A stretch of DNA of 64,000 nucleotides from Octopus sinensis. Taxonomy: Eukaryota. Positions 1-10,737 of this stretch are shown here, one piece after another. The notes below the pieces were generated by a model. It worked only from the letters and a program-made list of their open reading frames with translations. It searched no databases and had not been told where the DNA came from. Position 1 is the first letter of the stretch. Every line of letters begins with the position of its first letter. The DNA lies in NCBI RefSeq assembly GCF_006345805.1, contig NW_021832606.1, forward strand, positions 45,668-109,667, written 5' to 3'. The translations under genes were made by a program, and so were the position numbers.

Positions 1-1469
1 CACAGAAACGTGGAGAATCTGAACATGAAGGACAGCCTCAACCAGTGTTGCATATTCCAAGTTGTGTCGATATTCCAACCCAGAAGGCTGAGTGGCCTCC
101 ACCATTTCCAGAGCTAAGGCTCCAATCGAGGCCTGCACAGAGGCCTTAGGGAACCAGGCAATGGCCACGAAAAGTCTTTCCTTTCTGGTCAGTTTAGCCC
201 GAGCAGTGGCAAGGAAGGCAGTCGACATTCGAGCCACCAGACAAGTGAGAATAATCCCCACAGCCTTCCCTACAAGTTAGTCCAACGGGACATCACCTCC
301 CACGTCCACAGGAATGTTCGAGAAGACTATAAGACTCCCAGCAGTCCCAAATAGGAGAGGCTGTGCTGCAAACCAGCATAGTCTAAGACAATATTTAACC
401 GAGTCCTAAGAGTGAGAATATAAGCATACAAAAGTGTCCTTGTCCTCTCTCCATTTGTGGGACAGGATGATGGACAGAGTGAGACAGCCGAGTGGTCCCC
501 CACCCGAGTAGCCCACCTTGCCAGTTCCGTAGAGAATGGAGAGTGTGCTGAATATGAGCATACTCACTCTGAGAGGCACCACATTGTCCTATATATACAC
601 ACGTGTGTACTGCTGTCTTGTCGGGAATAACCCACATTATTCCAGCCAAAACAGACCCCACAGTCAGTCCAATCAACACATTGATAGGCCCACTCAGAAC
701 GACTAGACTTGTACTTCCTAGGATGAGGGATTAGGGAACCACCAGTGGAGAACACTGTGGAGAAAAACACGTTGAAGAGAGTGATGCCGATTATGTTGTC
801 GACAGTGGCAGTCCCCACGAGGAAGGAGGGGATCCCCTTCCACCCACCGTACCCTTCTTCTTCCAGGGCGACAAGTCCGGGGACGAGCACCCCCAAGGAG
901 ACGTTGGCCACCATAAAACTGGTATAAGAAGGGAGACAACCCCATCATCAATGCCCACAGCCAGGGCAGTCCAAAAATGAAGTGAGTCATCAACATCACG
1001 GTGGTTCCCTCCACCAGACAAGGACTCACGGAAAGAAGGAGGACAGACAGAGCCATTTGTCTCACTTTTTGTATGTCGAGTCCCATTCCTGCGAGAGTGA
1101 GCACAAACGTGAAGGCCAGAGTTCTAGAATGGACAAACTGTGCTCACCGTAGTGCAGAGGCTAGTTTAGAGTCGAGTTGGTAAATTAGTTTTATTCCATT
1201 CACGTTTCCAAAGATGAACCCGACTAGGAGCATCCCTGCTGTCTCAGCACATGGGGACCTGTTAGTGAAGGCAATCCTCCCAGACTGGCCAATTTGCCTC
1301 CCAATGTGGAAAAGAAAAAAATAATTATGATTGATGATAACTGCCACCCCAGGCCAGTTGTGACGTCAAAGAGAGACCACGTGAGTAGGTAGAGGAGTCC
1401 GGTTCCTGCTACAAAGGCAACCAAGTTAGAGAAGGGTTTCCTCAGCTTTTTCCTCAGCTTACTATTCAT
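1..1469 (-). CDS. SLC9B: CPA2-family Na+/H+ antiporter (NHA/SLC9B-like), multi-exon, 3' end beyond window start
   Basis: ATG at 1469. Spliced fragments give GGLPSLTG|MLLVGF, LALxFVLTLAGMGLD, VSPCLVEG, ATVDNIIGI, QPLLFG and IAWFPKASVQASIG, typical of NHA1/NHA2. Micro-introns include 1236-1258 (23 nt). Confidence 0.87.
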
Positions 1470-1610
1470 TGTGGTTATCCGTTAATTCAATTAAATTTAT
1501 GACGTATATTTATTTAGGGTTATTTATTTTGAATTAATTAGTACAAGATTTCATGTTTTAGCCACAAATTATTAATAAAATATTTGAAAATAAGCGCCAA
1601 ATAATTTGTA

Positions 1611-2087
1611 ATGAGCAGTGACAGCAACTCAATGACTGGAGACCAAGATCAAAGGACCAAGACCATATTACAAACCAAGATCAAAGGAGCGACAAATATA
1701 ATAAAGAAAGCACTAGTATTGGTGAATAAACAGTACATAATTAAGTATAGTGGAATAGAATAGACGAGGGGTCCTGCTATAACATGGACGACAACAGCCA
1801 TGAACTACTCAACCATCTCCAACAGGCACTCCTAATATTGTCGGACGAGTCGTGCAACTCTAAAATGTCAGTGACATCCTGTTCAGTCACAATAACACCA
1901 GAGAACAGGCTGTCCTTAAACTATAATATGGCAGTGACTCGACCGACTGCGGACTCTGCCAGAAGGTAGTCCCCCTAACACACAGCAGTACTACGAGGGA
2001 TTCGGGATAAGACCCAAGAACTGCAGTGGGCGGGAGAGTGGGAGGAGTGTGTGGCACCTGGACTGAGCGTTAATAAGAATGTGTCTT
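1611..2087 (+). CDS. Hypothetical small multi-exon gene, divergent from SLC9B and convergent with NEDD8-like
   Basis: ATG at 1611, GC-elevated stretch with plausible GT..AG micro-introns and ORF 1784-1969. No recognisable family; exon joins and stop position are uncertain. Confidence 0.35.
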
Positions 2088-2104
2088 AATAAAAGAGAAT
2101 TGTT

Positions 2105-2443
2105 TTAAGCAGTCCCCCCACGGAGAGAGAGAACGAGGTGGATCATGCAGCCTGCGTCTATTTTGTAGAAACTGGCCACTTTGTCGTTCTCCCTGAGTGA
2201 GTTAGGGAGTGGGGTACATTGCCTTGCCCGCCACGATCAGTCGCTGTTGGTCTGGGTGGATGCCTTCTGCCTCGTATATCTTTTCCTTTATTTCTCTGGT
2301 CTACCATATTAGTCCGTGTTGGCAAACAGTGCAGTCTTCCTGAATGCTGATGTTGATCTGCCAATATTATCCACAGTTATACCTCTCGACCTGTCATTGT
2401 CTACAATTTTATTTTTTTATTTTACCTTCACTTTGATCATCAT
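2105..2443 (-). CDS. NEDD8: NEDD8/Rub1-like ubiquitin-fold protein (76 aa + TA extension), absent from the ORF track
   Basis: Removing introns 2401-2425, 2358-2382, 2301-2327 and 2193-2217 (25, 25, 27, 25 nt) gives MMIKVKTMTGREINISIQEDCTTREIKEKIYEAEGIHPDQQRLIVAGKAMENDKVASFYKIDAGCMIHLVLSLRGG-TA*. G76 falls exactly at residue 76 and the MxIKVKT start is NEDD8-type. Confidence 0.85.
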
Positions 2444-2617
2444 CTTTGTACAACAAGAACACGATTTCTTGGTCTATATACACTATTTTTAAATATAGTA
2501 ATGAACGAACAAATAATTTTTTATTAATTATATCTAACAATTAGGTTACTTTTCAAGGAATCCAACTCAAGACAAGCACTTTCAGGACACTCAAACTACC
2601 TTCATAAAAACACACTC

Positions 2618-2710
2618 GTTTTATTTGTGAGTTTATTTTTGAGAAAAATGGTCCCCAGTTGGGTCGCCGTAACTTGACTGAAAAGACAGTTGGTCTCGGA
2701 ATGGTTCCTA
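2618..2710 (+). repeat. Dispersed ~95-bp repeat, inverted copy at 17394-17490
   Basis: Shared core (a/g)agacagttggtctcggaat(g/a)gttcc and upstream atttgtg(a/g)gtttatttttgag in opposite orientation at the two sites; probably a transposon subterminal segment. Confidence 0.6.
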
Positions 2711-2859
2711 TATGTAGTTCTGTAAATTTTTGTACATAAAAATAAGTGTCGTAATATGTGATTTAATTGGATAGTTTGTTTTGTTTTAACAATATTTCAT
2801 TATTGATTACATATTGATTGCCTATTTAACAGTTCTACCTAAAAGCTCTAACATTGAGT

Positions 2860-3065
2860 TTTAGGATCCAAGTGGCAGAGAAACCTATAAAATTGCAATG
2901 ATTATGGCAAAAATAATTGTTCTCACGTTTCTGGTGAATATCTCATAAACCATCGATATCAATAATTCTATCAGATCTGAAGGGTTTAAATCTTGAAGAA
3001 ATTTTAAAACCAGTGCCAATAGTAATGATTCAATTCCCCACAGGATTGACGAAATGTCGGAAAAT
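2860..3065 (+). mobile_element. hAT (Buster/Charlie-like) transposase fragment
   Basis: Ends in KPVP.SNDSIPHRIDEMSEN, matching the LSNxTxxRRIxxM motif of ZBED5-type transposases; 31 bp identical to 7568-7598. Confidence 0.45.
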
Positions 3066-3079
3066 GTTCCATAATTCAG

Positions 3080-3600
3080 GATAAACCTAAATGTGGAGTT
3101 ATCTAAAAGAAATGAACGAAGTATTGTTTATCTTTTTAAAACAACCAATCAAGTTAGATCGGATCTCAATTTGTCATCATCCGTTTCTGTGGATACGATA
3201 AAACGATGTTTAAGGTCGAATAATCTTCATGGTAGAATAATAGTAAAAAAACCGAAACTTTTAATAATAAATTTGATGTCAAGATTAGACTGGTGTTTTG
3301 AAAAACTTACATTGGGATTTGAAGAATAGAGTAATGTATTTTTTTCTAATGAATGTCGATTATGTTATTCCAATTGTTGGAAGATGTTTAAAAGACCAGA
3401 AAAATGTAGAGAAAGAGAATAAAATAATTCATCCGAAAACTGTAAAGTTTCTCCGAATATCGTGGTATGGGGTTGCTATCACTGCAACTGGAAAAGAGCA
3501 TTGGTTTTGTGTAGAAAAAATGTTTATTTCAATAAATACCAAAGAATTCTAGAAGAAGGATTAGAAAATATTCGAACAAATTGAAGGAAACGCAAAAAAG
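3080..3600 (+). mobile_element. Degenerate Tc1-like transposase (HTH2 to start of DDE)
   Basis: VSVDTIKRCLRSNNLHGRIIVKKPKL...RLDWC followed by NVFFSNE-like motif; stops and frameshifts. Confidence 0.7.
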
Positions 3601-3652
3601 GTTTAACACCACAAAATATTAATGCAATTTGTTAACCGGTTGAAAAGTATTA

Positions 3653-6600
3653 TGTCACAGGGTGATCAGACCCCTATGGGCAACCTGGCCTTTACGTGTT
3701 TCCATGGCAACTACATAGCAAATTTACAAAAGGCCACTAAAATAAAGGCAATCGATCCGAACTAATGATTGAACTTTAAATTTTTGAGAAAATGATGTTT
3801 TATATTTGAACCATGCTTGCTTTAAAATAATAAAATTCTTTACAACATTAGCAATTATAACGTGAATATTTTTTATTTTTGATAATATAAATTGCAACTT
3901 AGCAATTATAATTTACATCAATTTTTTGCAAAGTTTGTAACAACTTTAACTCTAACCCAAACCCTAACGTTGGCAAGTGACAACATAAATATTCAAAATC
4001 TAACCTAACCTAATCCAAACCCTAACGTTGGCAAGTGACAACATAAATATTCAAAATCTAACCCTAACATTAATCCAAACCCTAACGTTGGCAAGTGACA
4101 ACATAAATATTCAAAATCTAACCCTACATTAATCCAAACCCTAACGTTGGCAAGTGACAACATAAATATTCAAAATCTAACCCTAACATTAATCCAAACC
4201 CTAACGTTGGCATGACAACATAAATATTCAATCTAACCCTAACCTTAACCAAACCCTAACGTTGGCAAGTGACAACATAAATATTCAAATCTAACCCTAA
4301 CATTAATCCAAACCTAACGTTGGCAGTGACAACATAAATATTCAAAATCTAACCCTAACATTAATCCAAACCCTAACGTTGGCAAGTGACAACATAAATA
4401 TTCAAAATCTAACCCTAAATTAATCCAAACCTAACGTTGGCAAGTGACAACATAATATTCAAATCTAACCCTAACATTATCCAACCCTAACGTTGGCAAG
4501 TGACAACATAAATATTCAAAATCTAACCCTAACCTTAATCCAACCCTAACGTTGGCAAGTGACAACATAAATATTCAAAATCTAACCCTAACATTAATCC
4601 AAACCCTAACGTTGGCAAGTGACAACATAAATATTCAAAATCTAACCCTAACCTTAATCCAACCCTAACGTTGGCAAGTGACAACATAAATATTCAAATC
4701 TAACCCTAACCTTAATCCAAACCCTAACGTTGGCAAGTGACAACATAAATATTCAAAATCTAACCCTAACCTTAATCCAAACCCTAACGTGGCAAGTGAC
4801 AACATAAATATTCAAAATCTAACCCTAACCTAATCCACACCCTAACGTTGGCAAGTGACAACATAAATATTCAAAATCTAACCCTAACATAATCCAAACC
4901 TAACGTTGGCAAGTGACAACATAAATATTCAAATCTAACCCTAACTTAATCCAAACCCTAACGTTGCAAGTGACACCATAAATATTCAAAATCTAACCCT
5001 AACATTAATCCAAACCCTAACGTTGGCAAGTGACAACATAAATATTCAAAATCTAACCCTAACATTATCCAAACCTAACGTTGGCAAGTGACAACATAAA
5101 TATTCAAAATCTAACCTAACATAACCAAACCCTAACGTTGGCAAGTGACAACATAAATATTCAAAATCTAACCTAACCTTAATCCAAACCCTAACGTTGG
5201 CAATGACAACATAAATATTCAAAATCTAACCCTAACATTAATCCAAACCCTAACGTTGGCAAGTGACACATAAATATTCAAAATCTAACCCTAACCTTAA
5301 TCCAAACCCTAACGTGGCAAGTGACAACATAATATTCAAAATCTAACCCTAACATTAATCCAAACCCTAACGTTGGCAAGTGACAACATAAATATTCAAA
5401 ATCTAACCCTAACCTTAATCCAAACCCTAACGTTGGCAAGTGACAACATAAATATTCAAAATCTAACCCTAACCTTAATCCAAACCCTAACGTTGGCAAG
5501 TGACAACATAAATATTCAAAATCTAACCCTAACCTTAATCCAAACCCTAACGTTGGCAAGTGACAACATAAATATTCAAAATCTAACCCTAACCTTAATC
5601 CAAACCCTAACGTTGGCAAGTGACAACATAAATTTCAAAATCTAACCCTAACCTTAATCCAAACCCTAACGTTGGCAAGTGACAACATAAATATTCAAAA
5701 TCTAACCCTAACCTTATCCAAACCCTAACGTTGGCAATTGACAACATAATATTCAAATCTAACCCTAACATTAATCCAACCCTAACGTTGGCAAGTGACA
5801 ACATAAATATTCAAAATCTAACCCTAACCTTAATCCAAACCCTAACGTTGGCAAGTGACAACATAAATATTCAAAATCTAACCCTAACATTAATCCAAAC
5901 CCTAACGTTGGCAAGTGACAACATAAATATTCAAAACTCTAACCCTAACCTTAATCCAAACCCTAACGTTGGCAAGTGACAACATAAATATTCAAAATCT
6001 AACCCTAACATTAATCCAAACCCTAACGTTGGCAAGTGACAACATAAATATTCAAAATCTAACCCTAACCTTAATCCAAACCCTAACGTTGGCAAGTGAC
6101 AACATAAATATTCAAAATCTACCTAACCTTAATCCAAACCCTAACGTTGGCAAGTGACAACATAAATATTCAATCTAACCCTAACATTAATCCAAACCCT
6201 AACGTTGGCAAGTGACAACATAAATATTCAAAATCTAACCCTAACATTAATCCAAACCCTAACGTGGCAAGTGACAACAAAATATTCAAAATCTAACCCT
6301 AACATAATCCAAACCCTAACGTTGGCAAGTGACAACATAAATATCAAATCTAACCCTAACATTAATCCAAACCCTAACGTTGGCAAGTGACAACATAAAT
6401 ATTCAAAATCTAACCCTGACCTTAACCCAAACCCTAACTCGAATTAAATGATGTTTCTGCTGACGATTCTTCAGACATTTTTTACAAAAATTGGAAGCCT
6501 TTTTGGCCACCGGTGTTTGCTTCGAGCATTCATATCCTCCGGGAATATCCCGATTAACGCTTCCTTAATTTGATTGTATTCGTTATATATTTCTGACGTA

Positions 6601-6849
6601 ACCCTTAAACCCAGACATCACAAAGTGTGAGTAACCACGCTGTTAAAATTAATATACTTTTGGTAAGCCATTTTAAAAGATATTCAAATGTAATTTTAAT
6701 TAGAATAATTGATTTTTTTTTTTTTTTTTTGATTAATCTACACTCTTCCATATATAAATTGCTATATTCAATATTTAATACCTTTTTCTGCGTTTCCATA
6801 GAAACGTAAAAGGACTGGCTGCCCTAGCGACATAGTCGCCCATGTGACA
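3653..6849. mobile_element. Putative non-autonomous TGT...ACA (Ginger/TDD-like) element enclosing the 60-bp satellite
   Basis: Starts TGTCACA at 3653 and ends TGTGACA at 6849. Flanked by TATTA on both sides (3648-3652, 6850-6854). About 60 bp of degenerate inverted repeat. Confidence 0.65.
3942..6438 (+). repeat. Tandem array, 60-bp unit, ~41-42 copies, half telomere-like
   Basis: Unit atctaaccctaac(c/a)ttaatccaaaccctaacgttggcaagtgacaacataaatattcaaa. Lines 5401, 5461 and 5521 are identical. Contains CCCTAA twice per unit. Confidence 0.97.
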
Positions 6850-7099
6850 TATTATCCCCGAGTTACTCGTGGTGAGGACCTTTATGATTTTTTAATTTAA
6901 CAAATAATATTTGTTCTGTTTCCCATAGCATGATTACAATTAGTATATACAATATTTTGATAAAATGCAAGCTTGAATTTCAAAATTGTACATTTGAAAT
7001 TTTCAATTGCAATTAGAGATTTTAATTATAAATTTGAAATTTATAATTGACAAATTGACTCGAAAATGGTATAGACACGCACGTTTATATACTTACTTA

Positions 7100-7567
7100 C
7101 AGTGCTGGTGGAAAAAAACCGGTTTTGAAGTTACTAACTTTTTTGGCGGATAGCATTTATTTTTTAACTGAATTGAACTCTTTGTAGTTGATTAGATTTA
7201 TAATTTTTTTTGTTTATACAAAATTTCATCAATCGTTCAAAATTTTGAAGATTTAAATTTTTGCTTGTGAATAAAAAACCGGTTTGATTTATTGAGTGAT
7301 ATTTTATTTGCTGAATTTTAAGTTTTATAAGCAAATGTTAAATGCAATAATTAAAGGAAAGATCCTTGCTCTTTTTGAGTTAAATTGGGCGATAAACGAT
7401 ATCGCAAAACATCTAAATACTCCAAAATCGACAATCGGAAATTTTTTTCGAAAATTCAAAAAATATGAAACTGCTGATAGGATTTCTGATTTCGGACGTC
7501 ATAAAAAGCTTCAGAAAACAGACATTGAAATCCTATTACATCTTATTGAGTGCGATCCAAAAAAATC
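7100..7567 (+). mobile_element. 5' end of a Tc1-like element (TA|CAGT terminus + HTH region)
   Basis: TA then CAGTGCTGG at 7100. ORF ...IAKHLNTPKSTIGNFFRKFKK...GRHKKL is a Tc1 paired-like HTH. Confidence 0.7.
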
Positions 7568-8740
7568 TAGTAATGATTCAATTCCCCACAGGATTGACAA
7601 AATGTTAGAAAATTAACATATTTTATGAAAAAGGCTTAAAAATACTATTTTTTGCTTCAAATCGACAAAAGTCATATATGTGACAACCGACCAATTCTAA
7701 TAAAATATGTCAGGTTAGTATTATTAAAAGCTAACTTTTTAAGATATTTTGACGATCATGTTTTTCTTACAGAAGATTTATTATTTGTCAAATATTTGGA
7801 AATTGGTATATTTTTACGTAATCAAATGATTTTTGGATGACAAAAAGATTCTATTTTGAAATTTGGTTTCTTGCGCCACAAATGATGCAATGTCTATGGT
7901 TGGGAAGTATTAAAGATTTGCAGCACAATTGAAAAAATTGTTCAAATGTGATTCATATGGATTGGATTCTACATAGACATTATTTGGTTTCAAAAGCTTT
8001 TTCGTCAATTCTACATGAAAAGTGAATTATAATCATTAAAATCATCAACAAAATTAAAGCAAACAGCAATTAGAAAATTTTGCGATGAGAGAAACATATG
8101 TTCGTCTTGTGCTTCGCAATAAGATTATAGTTTTGAATTTTATTACATTATAACGACTTTCAATATTATTTGACACAATCGTAAATTTTTTAACTTCCGA
8201 GGGTGATATGAATTTAACAGATTTAAATGTATCAAAAAAGAAAGAAATTGTTTATTTGACGTGGATTTTTGGAAAATTTAATTAATTTTTTTAATTTTTA
8301 ATTTTTACTGACTAAAAGACCGGGGAAAGCCAGTTAATTATAATCCCCCGTGATCCACGATTTATGCAAGCAAAGTAGATCCTTCTGAAAGGTTCGAGTC
8401 TGCCCACAATGATCGGACTGAGACATGATGTCCCAGGGTCAGAAAATTTAATGAAAATTCATTAGAGCTTCAGGGAAAGTATGTGACCTTAATAGATTGT
8501 AAAAGAATTTTTTAAATATTTATCGAATAAATTGAGCTATATAAATATAACTTGAAAAATTATTATAACATTCCCGAGTTCCACTTAATTGGTCAAGCAT
8601 TTAATAATAAAAATATTAACAATTTTTTTGCAAAATTTATTAAGTATAGAAAAAGAAAATTTCATCTTGGATAATGAATTCTTTGTTGTCAAATCCAGAA
8701 GAAAATGAAAATATTCAAGTGAATTAATTATTTTAATATT
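7568..8740 (+). mobile_element. Degenerate hAT (Buster/Charlie-like) transposase, interrupted by a retroposon
   Basis: SNDSIPHRIDKML, (F)QIDKS...KYVR, VSCATNDAMSMVGK and FGKFNENSLELQG after removing the 8283-8441 insert. Confidence 0.6.
8283..8441 (-). mobile_element. 5'-truncated SINE-like or LINE-tail retroposon with A-rich tail and 11-bp TSD
   Basis: GAAAATTTAAT at 8272-8282 and 8442-8452. T-rich tail on the left. Homologous to 15436-15575. Confidence 0.72.
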
Positions 8741-9759
8741 CAATTTAGAATTAAAGCTATATTACAGTGCAACCCCTTATTGGAACGATTCTAGATGTGG
8801 CCTCTTCAGGTTTTGGGGCACTTTGAATTTCTATTAGGAGTTTGTTTATTGTTGAAAAATAAACCCCGTTTTGGGGCATTTAATATTATATATTTTTTTA
8901 GTTCGAGTTTCTAAATTTTATTTTATAATAAAAAATAATAGACTAAAGAAAATTTCTGTCGAAGACAAATTAGAGATTTGCGAAGACTTTAAAAACTAAA
9001 AATATAAATCGATTATTTGAATTGATTAATATAGATTGATTAACTTTAAAAAGTGGTTTTTTGAGCAGATATTCCTGCGATAGTACGCTTCTGTAACTGT
9101 TTCTTGATCGCGTCAACCTCTCTCGCGGAGAACTAGACACGCACGTTTATTAACTTAATGTCGCACCTTTAAGTAAAACTTACTGTTATAAAAAAAGAAA
9201 TAACTTTAAAAAGTTAAAGATTGATCGATTAATTCAAAAGTTCAAATTTGAAGACGAAATGTCAGATTTATAAATTTATTAATTGTTATTTTATTATAGA
9301 TTTATGCTAAGGTACAAACCTAACATCGGGTTTGATTATTAACAATGAATTCTTTTAAATACAGTGAACCCTCGCAAATTGGCCATTTTTGGTACATGAA
9401 AATTTTATGGCCAATTTAAAAAAAATCAAAACATACACGTTTAAATTTAATTAATTCCTAATTCCTTTTTATTTGCCCGTTTCTTGCCGTTTTAGGTTTG
9501 TTTTATATTTTCTTATTGCAGTAATGAGCGAAGCATCATTTTCATTTTCCGCATTACATTAAGGTTCCCTTTCTATTCCGGTTAATCTTCTTGAAATGTC
9601 TTCTATCAAATGGATATGTGATTTTTGTATCTTCGTCGCTACTTTCTGGATCTTGATCTTCTTGTAAACAAATTTCGTCTATATTTTGATCTTCTCTGTT
9701 TGATTCGAAAAGTCTTTACTCATTAAAGGATCGAAAATATTAGTTCCATTTCAGTATCA

Positions 9760-10290
9760 TAGTTAGTTAATGCACGTTCGCGTTGCCAGTAAACAAAGTT
9801 TATGGTTTCGCTTGTGCCATGTTTTTAACTATTTTTGTCGTTAGCCCCTTTCATCCCTTCCGTCGTCTTGCCCTCTTTCTGATTTCGTCCAGATCGTCTG
9901 CATCCTTCAATCGGCTTCCGATCGTAGCATATTCCTTTGTAAGTATTCCCGGAAGACAGTCTATTGGACGTCCTCTATATTTAGAGTATTCAGTATGGCC
10001 GAAAAATTCTTCCATGGCCATATTGCAAGGTGTTTCTTTCTTCATTCGTAAAATATGTCCAAACAGACGCCAGCGGGTTTCAAGTATATTTAGACTTATA
10101 GGCCCACAATTAGCTAATCTGTATAATTTATCATTTGATATTTTCTTCGGCCACGAATAGCCGAGGAGTTTTCTCAGTTGACCCCTGTGGAAAGAGTCAA
10201 GTTGCTCCATGTTTTTCTTTGATGTTCCCCAAGTACCTGCGTTGTACATGAGGACATGTTCCTAAACATGTTCGTATCATAGTGTCCAAT
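9760..10290 (-). mobile_element. 5'-truncated RTE-clade LINE (post-RT C-terminal region)
   Basis: YNAGTW...LDSFHRGQLRKLLGYSWPKKISNDKLY...RWRLFGHILRM...RGRP motif series of RTE elements. Confidence 0.8.
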
Positions 10291-10314
10291 TATCAAATTT
10301 TCGTGATTAGATTC

Positions 10315-10737
10315 TGTCGCGACCCACGCTGGCGACCATCCTACGCTGGCGACCAGAGCGACCTTCATTGTTGACAAGCTTTCGTATTCCCCAGTGGGAT
10401 TCTTGGTGAATGGCGAATGCTAGTGTCCTGATCTCCAATTCATTGTCCAGACAAATGACCAATTTGTGTTTTTGATTATTCTCGTCCTTTAGATAAAGAC
10501 TATGAGTTAGGAGTCGCAAATATACCGATCATTAATAATGATAAATTGAGTCGCTTTTTTCATGCTAACATCTTTTGAGAGAAACTATAATTTTTTTTCT
10601 AAAATGACGCTAAACCATTTCTTAAAATGAATTTTTTCCGGTTTAAATATCAAACTAATCACCTGTCAAACTGAAGGTCATAACCTGTCAAACTGATGGT
10701 CGCCAGCGTGGGATGGTCGCCAGCGTGGGTCGCGACA
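10315..10737 (-). mobile_element. 423-bp deletion derivative of Ginger/TDD-like transposon
   Basis: 40-bp TIRs TGTCGCGACCCACGCTGGCGACCATCC(T/C)ACGCTGGCGACC and 5-bp TSD GATTC (10310-14, 10738-42). Internal HKLVICLDNE matches the 23526-23744 ORF. Confidence 0.9.

Noticed and set aside
3020-3065. 46-bp direct repeat as a regulatory element or mini-mobile element
   Set aside because: It translates to the hAT transposase motif SNDSIPHRIDEMSEN, so it is transposon coding sequence.
5278-6390. Repeat ORFs (LTLASDNINIQN..., GFGLRLGLDFEY...)
   Set aside because: A 60-bp unit without stops gives open frames on both strands automatically; frequent indels break them.
3942-6438. CRISPR array or true telomere
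   Set aside because: No unique spacers, eukaryotic context, internal position and only two perfect CCCTAA per unit.
7073-9150. TAGACACGCACGTTTAT at 7073 and 9134, plus AGACACGC and AAAATGGCG (YY1-like) motifs near some genes, as promoter elements
   Set aside because: Too few and mostly adjacent to transposon ends; needs an enrichment test against mapped start sites.
8765-9740. TA|CAGTG termini at 8765 and 9362 as intact pogo/mariner elements
   Set aside because: No matching opposite ends or convincing transposase found; likely fragments.
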